A DNA stretch of 64,000 nt from Candidatus Altimarinota bacterium (GCA_039809385.1 JBDHUY010000008.1:1-64000), one strand, 5' to 3'. Counted from the first letter of the stretch, positions 20,607 through 31,016 are shown. Notes: generated by a model from the letters alone, not told the origin. A program made the numbers and translations.

Positions 20607-21226
20607 AAGACCTTTCGCAGTTGGACATGCAGCTGCATGATTTAAAAAACGTACTTTCGCTTCTGTTAGGAAACCTTGAGCTCTTTTGCCACCCCAACGC
20701 CACTTCCGCCGACCGGGAAAAAACAGGAAAAGATCTGTTGATTCTGATTCCGCAAATCTGTCCCATGGCAGAATTGCTTTTTGAAGCTACGCAAAAACAA
20801 AAGAAACGGAATGTCGGTATGAGCAAATTACTGATAAAAAGTCTCGATCTTTGGAAGAAACTGGGACAATATAAAAACTTGCGCTGGAATGTAAGGATTG
20901 AAAAAGATTTGTCAGTCTCATCTACACCGGGGACCATTTCCATTCTCAGTAACAACATTTTCGGAAACGCGGTCAGACACGCCGCTTCCGGAGGAGCCAT
21001 AACTGTCACCGTCGCAAAAGAAAAAGAGACGATTATCTGGGAAACACACAATGATACGGATGATACGGACGAAGACAGCGATATTTCACTGTATGAACAA
21101 GATGTTTCTCTGGGGTTACGGATAATAAGAAAACTGGTTCGGGAGATGCACGGATCGGTAAAAGTAACAAAAGCCAACAAACAATTCCGGATAGCTATTC
21201 GTCTAAAAAGTTTAAAAAAAGTTTAA
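20603..21226 (+). CDS. Degenerate sensor-less histidine kinase-like protein
   Basis: HDLKNVL H-box, NIFGNAVRHA N-box, SLGLRII; DxGxG box missing; ATGA overlap with the regulator gene. Confidence 0.7.
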   Translation: MKDLSQLDMQLHDLKNVLSLLLGNLELFCHPNATSADREKTGKDLLILIPQICPMAELLFEATQKQKKRNVGMSKLLIKSLDLWKKLGQYKNLRWNVRIEKDLSVSSTPGTISILSNNIFGNAVRHAASGGAITVTVAKEKETIIWETHNDTDDTDEDSDISLYEQDVSLGLRIIRKLVREMHGSVKVTKANKQFRIAIRLKSLKKV

Positions 21227-21405
21227 AAATCTTTTTTGATTTTTTAAGGAATATCTAAACTTTCGTTCATGCAATAAGTGTACTGTTCAGGCAGCCTACA
21301 CTTATTTTTTTATATTTCGGTATGGTCGAATCTATTTCTGTTGTCGGTCAGAGAAAATTAAAAGCGACTCCCAATCCGCAGCGTGTGTTCTTTAATTTAC
21401 AGAAT

Positions 21406-21675
21406 ATGTCGAAAACACTGCCGACGTTTCGCAAAACGATCGATACGAATTTCAAATCGGTTCATTTCTACAAGCGCTTGGTAGACGTGGTGAGAAGCGA
21501 GCTTGAGACTTCCCAGGAAGATATGCTGGAACTGAACGAGCTCCAGGATCATTTGATGATTCTATGCGGCTATCTGGAGATATTGAAAAAACAACAAACC
21601 TCTCTGCCCGGTTACGAAAAAAAAGAACTCAAAAAAAGGATTCGTGCTGTCTATCGGCAATTGCTAAACAAATAA
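21406..21675 (+). CDS. Small protein with HisKA-like helix (pseudo-DHp)
   Basis: NELQDHLMILCGYLEIL resembles HELRTPLxxIxGYLELL; alternative start at 21322. Confidence 0.55.
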   Translation: MSKTLPTFRKTIDTNFKSVHFYKRLVDVVRSELETSQEDMLELNELQDHLMILCGYLEILKKQQTSLPGYEKKELKKRIRAVYRQLLNK

Positions 21676-21714
21676 AGGGAAGAAATAAAATTTATCCTTC
21701 TCATTCCTCCGCCT

Positions 21715-23343
21715 ATGCACCAGCAACCTGATTACACTGGTAGAGAAACAGTAGAATCCTACGTTCACTCGATCGCAGCAGACGTAGCATTGAATAACAC
21801 AGACGATTTATCATCATTAACCGGTGAAAAAGAAAGATCAGCAGATTTTTACCTTTTGCCCAAAATTATTGATGGCAGAAAAGTCATTGTAGATAAATTA
21901 AGAGAGCTGGGTATTTCAGACTATCAGTTGCCTGCAATATTAGATCAACTGGACAAGGGAATTGAAGAACTAACCGATATCACAGCTCAACATGCACGAG
22001 AAGCCCGGTTAGTGCCATATTACAAGGAGCGGACTACAGAACTGGAAGGAACTGTCAATGAACTCAGGCAAGGCATAGCCGCCAAAGTACTAGAAAATAC
22101 GCGTTTGAGCGAACGAGTTCAGGCGCTGGAAAGCACGATTCAACGCCTGAATATCCGCATCTCCGGAGTATTGCACGATATTACAAATATCGTTACTACG
22201 CTCAAAACGCGTATCGATCTTTTATCAATGTCCGAAAACAAGGATGGCGATAAGTTGTCGATTATTACCAGAATCGCATCAAGACTGCAGCAAATGATAC
22301 GGCCCAGTTGGGACTTTGTAACCTCGCACCAAAGAAATTATGAGATTGGAACTGACTGGATTGATATGACTTCATTTATCAACGATATCATTCTTGGGTT
22401 CAAAGATGCCCACGGTCAAGATGTCATAGAATTTGTATATACCGATCTGGATACTCAGATCAAAAGCTCAAGACATTATTTGTTTGCAATTTTACGAAAC
22501 CTCATCGATAACGCACTGAAACACGGAGAGCCACAAGACGGGAAACCGAAAGTAGGTATATTCATAACGAAAACTGAAAACGATAGCATCGTAATACGTA
22601 TACGTGACAATGGCAGAGGAATAGCCTCTGAGGATCAAACCAAGATCTTTTCCCTCCATGAAACAACATCGACGGGAAGATCTGCGAGGAGATACCATGG
22701 AGTAGGTCTGGCGATGGTCAGGGAACTGGTGAATACCTTAGGTGGAGATATAACGGTAGAAAGCAAGACAACTGCTGTACCAAATGGTAGTGTTTTTAGT
22801 TTAAGATTGCCCGCGGGATCTCCGGAAACCGGACCACAGGAGATAAAAAATGACCTTGAATTTAAGCTTCGGCTCCTTTTTCGTTACAAAACAGTGACCG
22901 ATGAGCGGCAAAAAAAATTCCGTCTTCAGCACTGGGATCAGTCGAGATTTCCAAATGTGCACGTAGGCGAACTTTTTAATACGCTAAATAATATAGCTTA
23001 TTGCTTCGATGCGAAGGAATTCCAATGGGATGAAGCATTTATTACCATGTGCAGCGAATACCTGGATCTCATGAACAAATATATGGACATATTCGACGAA
23101 GGAGGAAGCGTAGCCGAGGAGGAAATACGAACCGGACATCCGGAAAAACGAAAAGAATTATTAAACAAAGGAGGAGAGAGTCATAAAAATTATATCCTTT
23201 GGCTTTATGACGAACATAGAAAGAATATAAGACACCCTGATGATTCCCAGGCGATACAGACTAGTAGTAATATTGAATCGGTCTGGGCCAAAACCCATAA
23301 TTATAATTTACCAGGTTTGAAAGCCGTCTCCGCTTATTCTTAA
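21715..23343 (+). CDS. Cytoplasmic histidine kinase with coiled coil and C-terminal extension
   Basis: LHDITN, NLIDNALKH, DNGRGI, GVGLAMV; no TM segment. Confidence 0.88.
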   Translation: MHQQPDYTGRETVESYVHSIAADVALNNTDDLSSLTGEKERSADFYLLPKIIDGRKVIVDKLRELGISDYQLPAILDQLDKGIEELTDITAQHAREARLVPYYKERTTELEGTVNELRQGIAAKVLENTRLSERVQALESTIQRLNIRISGVLHDITNIVTTLKTRIDLLSMSENKDGDKLSIITRIASRLQQMIRPSWDFVTSHQRNYEIGTDWIDMTSFINDIILGFKDAHGQDVIEFVYTDLDTQIKSSRHYLFAILRNLIDNALKHGEPQDGKPKVGIFITKTENDSIVIRIRDNGRGIASEDQTKIFSLHETTSTGRSARRYHGVGLAMVRELVNTLGGDITVESKTTAVPNGSVFSLRLPAGSPETGPQEIKNDLEFKLRLLFRYKTVTDERQKKFRLQHWDQSRFPNVHVGELFNTLNNIAYCFDAKEFQWDEAFITMCSEYLDLMNKYMDIFDEGGSVAEEEIRTGHPEKRKELLNKGGESHKNYILWLYDEHRKNIRHPDDSQAIQTSSNIESVWAKTHNYNLPGLKAVSAYS

Positions 23344-23363
23344 CGGATACAACACACTACTCT

Positions 23364-24467
23364 ATGCCTGATAGAATTCCAATAGTCCGTTCTGATAGAT
23401 ACGAGCAACAACCAATAACCGATGATAACACGACGACCAACGGTGATCACCTATTACCTGAGATCAATACTTCCGCAGAACTGTTTATCCCTGCAGAACT
23501 TTTACTATTGCGTACGACAATCGAAAATCTGTTGAGGCAAGGCGGAATAGATGAAAAACTAGTACAAGATCTGAGTGATGAGTACAGAACCAGAATTATG
23601 GAGCTGGCAGCGCATACGGCGAAGCTTTCCCGAGAGAATGTGGCGTACCGTGTTAGGGACCGCGAAAGGCAAACCAGCACGCAAGAATTGAAAAAAAAGA
23701 ACAATGATTTGCAGCAATTGACAGAATCTCTCTCCGCAAGAGTCCGGATGCTCGAAATGTTTATTGCTGGCGTAGTCCACGACGTACGCAACATGCTTGT
23801 CAGTATATTCACGGTATTTGATTTGGAAAGAGCCCGGCTGTCCCCGGCACGCGTGGCTGTCTTTGACAGTAACAGGGGAAATATCCTACGATCGCTCGAA
23901 TTCATGATGGAAGTAATACGCACCGGCGTCGTGGGAAACCTCAAAGCATCGTCGGTCACTGTTGAAGAAACTGTGAATACGATCCTCCAGACCTTACAAA
24001 CCAAAATAGAAAATTCCTCTGTACCGAAAAAGATCAAGTTCTGGCGAGATCCCGCCATCGATTTCGGACATGATATTGTCTTGACCCCGGATACCTTCCT
24101 GTTTCATATTCTATACAACATACTATCCAACGCCCTTGCGATCCAGGAGGTAAAGACCATTCATATTTATACGGAAATGCATGGTGAACAAATTGAAATA
24201 CATATTGTTGACGACGGCCCGGGCATCCCTCCGAAAAACATCCAGCGAATTTTTACATTGTTTGAACGAGAAGATACCTCTCCGTCCGATCAAACCAAAC
24301 ATTTCGGCGTAGGGCTCGCTTTTGCAAAATACTTAGTCACGATGAGCGGCGGATCGCTGGAAGTAACGAGCGAAGAAACGTTTCAGGGACAACAGACAGA
24401 ATTCGTTATAACCCTGCCGTCCGGGCCGGTTGGTCAGGAAAAAGCAGTTGCAAGCTCTCACACATGA
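23364..24467 (+). CDS. Cytoplasmic histidine kinase (paralog of the upstream gene)
   Basis: VHDVRN, NILSNA, DDGPGI, GVGLAF; N-terminal coiled coil resembles that of the 21715 gene. Confidence 0.88.
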   Translation: MPDRIPIVRSDRYEQQPITDDNTTTNGDHLLPEINTSAELFIPAELLLLRTTIENLLRQGGIDEKLVQDLSDEYRTRIMELAAHTAKLSRENVAYRVRDRERQTSTQELKKKNNDLQQLTESLSARVRMLEMFIAGVVHDVRNMLVSIFTVFDLERARLSPARVAVFDSNRGNILRSLEFMMEVIRTGVVGNLKASSVTVEETVNTILQTLQTKIENSSVPKKIKFWRDPAIDFGHDIVLTPDTFLFHILYNILSNALAIQEVKTIHIYTEMHGEQIEIHIVDDGPGIPPKNIQRIFTLFEREDTSPSDQTKHFGVGLAFAKYLVTMSGGSLEVTSEETFQGQQTEFVITLPSGPVGQEKAVASSHT

Positions 24468-24490
24468 TACGCATTACCAACGGCTGGAAC

Positions 24491-25687
24491 TCATTTCTGT
24501 CCTAAAATTCCGTCGCGAGCCGCTTTTTGGACACCGTCTGCCACTTGGGCCGCTACTTCTTTTTCGAGCGGTGAGGGCAGGATCCGGTCAATGCTGGGGT
24601 CTTTGACAAATTCGGCCAGCGCATGGACGGCGGCGAGCTTCATGGCTGGCGTAATCCGTGTGGCTTTCGCGTCTATAGCGCCACGGAATATCCCCGGAAA
24701 GGCCAGCACGTTATTGATCTGGTTCGGGAAATCGCTGCGGCCCGTACCGACGATAAAAGCACCGGCTTCCCTGGCCACATCGGGCATGATCTCGGGGACG
24801 GGGTTGGCCATGGCAAAGATGATCGGTTTTTCGTTCATACTTTTGACCATGTCGGGTGTCACCGCGTTGGCGACGCTCACCCCGACGAATACGTCGGCTC
24901 CGACCAATGCATCGCTCAGCAAGCCGGTTTTTCCGCTTTTGTTGGTGAACATGGCGAGTTCATTTTTGAAACGGTTCTCTTTTACATCCTCTCGTTCAGA
25001 GTGAATGATGCCCTTGGTGTCGCAGACGATGACGTCTTTGACCGGAATGCAGGCGGGCGAATCGTTTTCATAGCATCTGAGCAGCTTGGTAATGGCGGTC
25101 CCGGCGGCTCCGGCGCCGTTGATGACGACGGTCATCTGGGACAAGCTTTTGCCGGCTAGTTTGGCAGCATTCATGAGGGCGGCTACGAGGACGATGGCAG
25201 TGCCGTGCTGGTCGTCGTGAAAGACCGGTATGCCGATGTCCTGGAGGGCGGCTTCGATCTCAAAGCAGCGGGGTGCGGCGATATCTTCCAGGTTGATGCC
25301 GGCAAAGACGGGTGCGAGATTTTTGACGATGGATATGATCTCGGCGGTGTTTTGGGTATCGAGGCAGATGGGAAAGGCGTCGACGCCGGCGTATTGTTTG
25401 AATAGGACGGCTTTGCCTTCCATGACCGGAATGGCGCCCAGGGGGCCGATATTGCCGAGTCCCAGTACGGCGGAGCCGTCGGAGACAACTGCCACGGTGT
25501 TTTTCTTTAACGTCAGCTCATACGCTTTACTCGGATCGGCGGCGATCTCGCGGCACACCTGCGCCACGCCCGGCGTGTAGGCGAGTGACAGGTCATGCCG
25601 GTCTTTTATTTCGATCTTTGAAACGGTTTCGAGCTTGCCGCCGAGTTTTTTGTGGAGAGAGACGGATTCGGTGTAGATGTCGGGCAT
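24491..25687 (-). CDS. NAD(P)-dependent malic enzyme
   Basis: LAYTPGVA, VMEGKAVLFK, INLEDIAAPRCF, FHDDQHGT, GAGAAG, NQINNVLAFPG. Confidence 0.95.
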   Translation of the reverse strand: MPDIYTESVSLHKKLGGKLETVSKIEIKDRHDLSLAYTPGVAQVCREIAADPSKAYELTLKKNTVAVVSDGSAVLGLGNIGPLGAIPVMEGKAVLFKQYAGVDAFPICLDTQNTAEIISIVKNLAPVFAGINLEDIAAPRCFEIEAALQDIGIPVFHDDQHGTAIVLVAALMNAAKLAGKSLSQMTVVINGAGAAGTAITKLLRCYENDSPACIPVKDVIVCDTKGIIHSEREDVKENRFKNELAMFTNKSGKTGLLSDALVGADVFVGVSVANAVTPDMVKSMNEKPIIFAMANPVPEIMPDVAREAGAFIVGTGRSDFPNQINNVLAFPGIFRGAIDAKATRITPAMKLAAVHALAEFVKDPSIDRILPSPLEKEVAAQVADGVQKAARDGILGQK

Positions 25688-25741
25688 AGGAATATATTGT
25701 ATAATAATATTAAGCTACCCATCATTAGTCCGTAACAAACC

Positions 25742-27184
25742 TCAATCATTAGAAAAATAAGTGTTCATATATTCAATTAACAATGCATAAAAAAATACAG
25801 AATGTGAAACTACTCCGTTTTTACTAAGATTTGTGTTATCTGTTGTAATACCTGTTACCTGGTCAGAACCATACGTAATTTGGTACGCTGACCATTTGAT
25901 AACATTCGTTGAATCTTTAACTAATCCTAAAGCCTCTAACAGACAAAAAGAATATGCTCCATAGTACTGAGTTATCTTAGTATCTGAGAATCGAAAGTCT
26001 CTTTCACATTTGTTTTTTATTCCAGTTAAAGTATCTATTAGATTAGATTCTATTCCACCAAAAATAGAAATAAGAACTTGGAGTGCAATATGTATAGAGC
26101 TTATTATATCATTTTGATCATCAAAATCTTGTTTATTAAAATGAAAAAGTGGAAATTTAGTTGGTGTTAACAATTGTCTCAGGTTAAGTTTTTGTTCATT
26201 TGTTAAATCAATACTCTTCACAATAATATCCTCAAGTAGAAGCCTCACAAACCCTTTATCCTTTAGAGCATTCCCAATACCATCTTCATCTTTAACAATA
26301 AAATGTGAAAAAAAGTCATCTAAAGTAACTTTTACACCTTTTTCATTCTTATATTCAAATACTCCATGACTATAAAATTTATCAAGGTAACCGTTACTGT
26401 CAGTGTTTAATCCATATCTATGATGAAAAATACTTTTTAGATTATTAATATCTGCAACCAAAATTATCTTATCAAAACCGAATTTGTTTAGGTGAGCTTT
26501 ATTCCTAGTATCAAAGTGAGCCGAGAAAATATTAAGTATTCTAAAAATATGTTCGGGATCAATTCTATCAAGGTCATCCAGTATAAGAATGCTTTCTTTT
26601 TTATTTTTTGTTTTATTTATTTTTTCCTGTAACAAATGGCTCATATAATCTGATTCTTCAATATTCTTTTCTTTTATCATTTTTAAAAAAGAATCGATTC
26701 TTCCTTTATCACCTGCAGTAATTCCCTTTTTAAAATCTAAAAACTTTTCGAAGAGATTAATAGTTTCTTGTAACGGTCGACCCAATTCTTGTATATATGA
26801 AAAAGAAGTTTTTACTACGTCTTGAATCTTATTAGTACCCCAAAAGCAGAGCATTCGTTGATAATCAATGATACCTTTGAAATCGTTCTCTTGAAAAATA
26901 TCCGAATCTTTCCTTAATAATTCAACGAGAATATCATATTTCAGAAGTTCAATAATGTCTTCATTAGAGCTTATTTGATAATTCACTGGAAAAAGATGAT
27001 ATACATCATATTCATTTTTTTTGCTGTTAAAAAACTCATTGAGAAAATATGTCTTGCCTATACCAAACTTAGCAGAAACAAGAATTCTAGTGTTATTTGA
27101 TGGAGAGAGATGTTGCTCAAATTCTTCAGAAACCTTATTGAGTGGGATTTTAAAGTCCTTTTTATCATCACTATCTTGATTCAT
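25742..27184 (-). CDS. KAP-family P-loop NTPase (AT-rich)
   Basis: SAKFGIGKT Walker A, LILDDLDRIDP Walker B, YLDKFY motif; visibly AT-rich compared with neighbours. Confidence 0.8.
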   Translation of the reverse strand: MNQDSDDKKDFKIPLNKVSEEFEQHLSPSNNTRILVSAKFGIGKTYFLNEFFNSKKNEYDVYHLFPVNYQISSNEDIIELLKYDILVELLRKDSDIFQENDFKGIIDYQRMLCFWGTNKIQDVVKTSFSYIQELGRPLQETINLFEKFLDFKKGITAGDKGRIDSFLKMIKEKNIEESDYMSHLLQEKINKTKNKKESILILDDLDRIDPEHIFRILNIFSAHFDTRNKAHLNKFGFDKIILVADINNLKSIFHHRYGLNTDSNGYLDKFYSHGVFEYKNEKGVKVTLDDFFSHFIVKDEDGIGNALKDKGFVRLLLEDIIVKSIDLTNEQKLNLRQLLTPTKFPLFHFNKQDFDDQNDIISSIHIALQVLISIFGGIESNLIDTLTGIKNKCERDFRFSDTKITQYYGAYSFCLLEALGLVKDSTNVIKWSAYQITYGSDQVTGITTDNTNLSKNGVVSHSVFFYALLIEYMNTYFSND

Positions 27185-27527
27185 ACGTACAATTTTAATA
27201 CTTAAATTGATTCTATTTTCTCTCTATTTCTCAAAACATGCAAAACCAATTTCTCCTCTGACAAAAAAACTTATCTTTTGTTGCAATCCATCATCTAGTC
27301 TACAAGACCAGGTTTTTCAAAACCTGCAAAAAAGGCTTGATGGGAATCGACCGACCGATTAAGATCACCCAAAAAAAGACAAGGACACCTGTCACCCCAA
27401 AAAAAGGGAGCACCGTGAGACAAAAAAGACAAAAAAAATTATCCGGTTTTTAAGATAATTTAAGTTTCTCATAATTCAACAAGCCTATCATACGGTTGGT
27501 CATTGTAATACTCAATAACCAACCTCT

Positions 27528-28406
27528 ATGACAAACGAACTCGGCAGTGTACAAATAACAGAAGGACAGCAGGGGGAAACGCCGGTCGTAGATGTGGAAA
27601 CGCAACGAGTTAAAAGAATCGCTGCACAGAACCCAAACATGTACCAAACCACCGCGTTCGTCGCGCACACCATTGCAGAACAAGCGCGGGAAGCAGTCAA
27701 GGGCACCATGAACGAGGAAAAAGCACGGGCAGCCGGTTTGAATACCGGAGAGTTTTCTGTAGTAGCCGGACCACTCGCCGATATAATCAAGCAACTAGAT
27801 GAAAAAGAATCGGAAATAAAAAGGCTCTTAGCAGAAAATGAACGACTAAAAGGAAAAACTGAAAATATTGAACAACAGGAACTGACGCTCCTCGAATTGC
27901 AAACGATCAAAACAAAAGCCGATATTTTCCTCGAAGCGTATGCCGGCGGTACAATTAAAGGAACTTCCACCGGATTTGGCGATATATTTGGAAACAAATA
28001 TTCGTTTTTGAATTACTTATTCGAATCGTGTATCACGGAAACGGATCTACAGTCCGAACTACAATCATTTTCTACTCCAAAAAACAACTGTCAGGAGATT
28101 CTGCGGATATTTGCACAATATATAAACGTTCTGGAAACACACCCAATCATCCGGTTTCACGAAATGACAGATAAGGGAGGCAAAGCTCACGGTTTTCAGT
28201 CAATTTGGGATATCTACTGGGGAAAACCCGAAGTAGACTGCTATTTCTGCTATATGCGCGACATCGTCCTGCTCAGTCAAAATCCCGAACGCTTGGCCAA
28301 ACTCGCCGCGGAAGAAAATATCCGTTTAGCAGCGTATATAAAAGAGAAAAGTTCCTTAGGATTTTCTAACGATTTATATTTTCGAACCAGCTCCGGTTCG
28401 GACTAA
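27528..28406 (+). CDS. Hypothetical protein (coiled coil)
   Basis: 292-aa ATG ORF filling the interval. Confidence 0.7.
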   Translation: MTNELGSVQITEGQQGETPVVDVETQRVKRIAAQNPNMYQTTAFVAHTIAEQAREAVKGTMNEEKARAAGLNTGEFSVVAGPLADIIKQLDEKESEIKRLLAENERLKGKTENIEQQELTLLELQTIKTKADIFLEAYAGGTIKGTSTGFGDIFGNKYSFLNYLFESCITETDLQSELQSFSTPKNNCQEILRIFAQYINVLETHPIIRFHEMTDKGGKAHGFQSIWDIYWGKPEVDCYFCYMRDIVLLSQNPERLAKLAAEENIRLAAYIKEKSSLGFSNDLYFRTSSGSD

Positions 28407-28634
28407 CAGCTCTTTTTGGTTCTTACGCCAGCGTTTGACCAAGGCCTCTCTCCGGCGGGCCTCAGAGGCCGTGGGAAAACTTTCGAAATAGACGATTCGT
28501 ACCGGCAAACGCGAGCGCGTGTAACGAGCACCGTTCCCCTCGTTATGTTTTTGCTCGCGCGCCGCAATATCATGACAAAAACCCGCATACAGCGAGTTAT
28601 CCGCACAACGGGCCAGATAGAAATAGTATTCCAT
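28374..28634 (-). CDS. GIY-YIG nuclease (UPF0213/YazA-like)
   Basis: YFYLARCADNSLYAG...R..KHNEGNGARYTRSRLPV...A.RRE..VK. Confidence 0.88.
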   Translation of the reverse strand: MEYYFYLARCADNSLYAGFCHDIAAREQKHNEGNGARYTRSRLPVRIVYFESFPTASEARRREALVKRWRKNQKELLVRTGAGSKI

Positions 28635-28715
28635 GACAAGACGAATAAGCCTTACTTCGCAAGGATTATAGCCAAAACCCGACCGAACTCAAATTCGTCC
28701 CTCAAACTGATTTTT

Positions 28716-29154
28716 TGGTGGAGATGGCGGGAGTCGAACCCGCGTCTTAGGAAGTCTGCGTACCCGGTATTACTGTACATAGGTTGTTTTTTGGGTACGG
28801 GCATGAGCTTTGAAAACAAACAAAACAGGATTCATGCGAGAATCATTGAAGAGATTCGGAAAGTTATCCAACGATCAAAATAATTTCCTATCCGATCTTT
28901 GACGCCTTCTATCCGTATCGGAGTCAGAACAGTAAGACGTGTCCCGAACAAAGCGGGACAGGTGCTGGTGTGATCTTAAGCAAAAGCCGGTACCAAGCTG
29001 GGCTTAGCAACAGACAGTTTCTCAGCCACACGAGCGAGTGCAACACGAAGGTTTGCATCTAGAATGCTTCCGGACGGATCACGGGAGACGGAAGCGATCC
29101 CGGTACAGCCAGCAGTACATAGACGATTTCCCAATCGAAACCAAGTACATCCCC
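28716..29154 (-). ncRNA. ssrA: tmRNA
   Basis: 5' GGGGAUG pairs with 3' CAUCUCC-ACCA including the G3-U pair; T-arm GCGGGTTCGACTCCCGC; tag ORF 29056-28976 ANLRVALARVAEKLSVAKPSLVPAFA*. Confidence 0.95.
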
Positions 29155-29200
29155 ACAAAGTCAAAGAACGATGCCTCACATATCTCATAAAGGCAATTTC

Positions 29201-29227
29201 ACTATACCATAGTTGCGGAGATTTCAA
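29201..29227 (-). promoter_or_regulatory. Putative ssrA promoter (extended -10)
   Basis: TTGAAA-15 bp-TATAGT, with TGn directly before the -10. Confidence 0.4.
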
Positions 29228-29305
29228 AGAAAAATGTTGTAAAAATATAAAATCTCAAAGTTCAAATATCAAATGAAGTTCAAAATCCAAATTTTAAGAA
29301 AGCTC

Positions 29306-30019
29306 CTACTCGGTAATAAGAGTTCCCACGCTTTTCCCTCTAACCAGATCGAGCAATGCGTCGGGCCGGAACAGCTCGAACACAACCATGGGCATACGAT
29401 TCTCCTTGGCTAAAACCAAAGCGGTCTGGTCCATTACCTGCAGATTTTGCGCCAAAGCGTCCTGATATGAAATAGTTTCGTACCGCTGAGCATGCGGATC
29501 TTTCTTCGGATCGGCCGAGTAGACGCCGTCGACTTTGGTGGCCTTTAGGACGACATCCGCATCCAGCTCCAATCCACGCAGTACAGCCGCCGTATCGGTC
29601 GTGAAAAACGGATTGCCTGTGCCACCCGCAAAAATAATCGTATACCCCTGGGCGATATATTTTAAAGCTTTGTCGCGGTGGTAATTATCCACAATCTTAT
29701 TCTCGCCCAGCAAAGAGAGCACCATCGCCTTTATGCCGATAAAACTCAGCGCTTCTTTGACGACCAGCGCGTTGATGGTCGTCGCTTCCATACCGATAAA
29801 ATCGCCCTGGATCGGATCGATGGCAAACTCGGTACTCTCCATCCCCCGAAAAATATTTCCCGCACCGACCACAAGCCCTACTTCTACACCAATGTCGCGT
29901 ATCTTCTTCACCTCGCGCGAAATAAATGCGAGCATTTTGGGATCGAGACCGATTCCGTTTGCGCCACCCAAAGCTTCGCCGGAAAGCTTGAGCAACACTC
30001 GCCGGTAATGAATATCCAT
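29306..30019 (-). CDS. pyrH: UMP kinase
   Basis: RVLLKLSGEAL, VGAGNIFRG, GTGNPFFTTDTAA, KVDGVYSADP. Confidence 0.97.
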   Translation of the reverse strand: MDIHYRRVLLKLSGEALGGANGIGLDPKMLAFISREVKKIRDIGVEVGLVVGAGNIFRGMESTEFAIDPIQGDFIGMEATTINALVVKEALSFIGIKAMVLSLLGENKIVDNYHRDKALKYIAQGYTIIFAGGTGNPFFTTDTAAVLRGLELDADVVLKATKVDGVYSADPKKDPHAQRYETISYQDALAQNLQVMDQTALVLAKENRMPMVVFELFRPDALLDLVRGKSVGTLITE

Positions 30020-30161
30020 GCTATAGAAAAAAAAGATAGACATTGAGAGTGTAGCATCTGATAAAGATCTCACAAGAGCGAATAAAAGACAAGGATTATC
30101 GTTGCAACTTTAGTATTTTTTTACTATGCTGTTGCCTGATTTTTCATAATAATAAAAGAAT

Positions 30162-31016
30162 ATGCTGCAATTTTTGCAAAAAAAAAACCGGGATTCGTTT
30201 CTCTCCAACCAGATAATCCCGGTCTCCTTAACCGTCGTGGTATTCTTTTTCCTGGTTTTGCTCCTGTGGCTGCAAATTCTCGGGCTCAACTATTTTACCG
30301 AAACGGATATCCAGATTCGGATCGACTGGGTCGACGTTTTGGTGGGCATGACGATTTACCTGAAAACATCGATCGACTTTGCCATCTATATCGGCAACCT
30401 GATGAGTCGCAATCCGGGCTGGAAAAGCCGGGTAGCCATCGAGATAGGAACAGCCGCTGGAAACGCGGCCGGCACTATGGCCATCTTGCTTTTATGGGAT
30501 TTTTTCCGCGAAGTACGGTGGCTGCTTTTCATAATGATCTTGCTGGCAGCCCTGGTCTTGTTTAAACTCGCCGAGGAAGGACTGGAACATGCCAAAACGG
30601 AAGACAAAAAATTTCCACGCTGGTTTACCAAGACAGTCGATATGCTTGAGCATTGGCTTTCTCTCCTAAACAAAGCGATTGCGCCGGTATTGCGCTTCGT
30701 TATTCCAAACGTTAGTATGAAAAGCGGAACACATTTACGTTTCTGGCCGCTCTTTTTGCTGGCATTCACCGTCCCCTTTATCCTCGGATTAGACGATTTT
30801 GCCGGATATGTACCGCTTTTCAGCGTTGTAAACGTGTTCGGATTTGCCATCGGCGTTTTTCTCGGCCATATGATCCTGAACGTGCTACTCTACATTTCCC
30901 CGGAACGAACCATCAAGATCGTCAAAAATCCGATTATTTCCCTGCTTGGCAGTATCGCGTTTGTTTTGCTGGGAATCTGGGGGCTGTACGAAGCGGTAAA
31001 GCTGATCGGGCACTAG
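30162..31016 (+). CDS. Multi-pass membrane protein, CadD/LysE-superfamily-like transporter
   Basis: TSIDFAI and GLDDFAGYVPLF motifs resemble CadD; about 7 TM helices. Confidence 0.55.
   Translation: MLQFLQKKNRDSFLSNQIIPVSLTVVVFFFLVLLLWLQILGLNYFTETDIQIRIDWVDVLVGMTIYLKTSIDFAIYIGNLMSRNPGWKSRVAIEIGTAAGNAAGTMAILLLWDFFREVRWLLFIMILLAALVLFKLAEEGLEHAKTEDKKFPRWFTKTVDMLEHWLSLLNKAIAPVLRFVIPNVSMKSGTHLRFWPLFLLAFTVPFILGLDDFAGYVPLFSVVNVFGFAIGVFLGHMILNVLLYISPERTIKIVKNPIISLLGSIAFVLLGIWGLYEAVKLIGH

Noticed and set aside
27340-27450. att-site duplication of the ssrA 3' end, and short A-rich direct repeats
   Set aside because: Only a weak gggaatcgacc similarity; no integrase; low complexity.
28976-29227. 83-aa protein-coding ORF
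   Set aside because: It overlaps the tmRNA; only its last 26 codons are the tag frame.
30178-30187. A10 run as a phase-variation site
   Set aside because: In frame (QKKN), and poly-A runs are common throughout this window.
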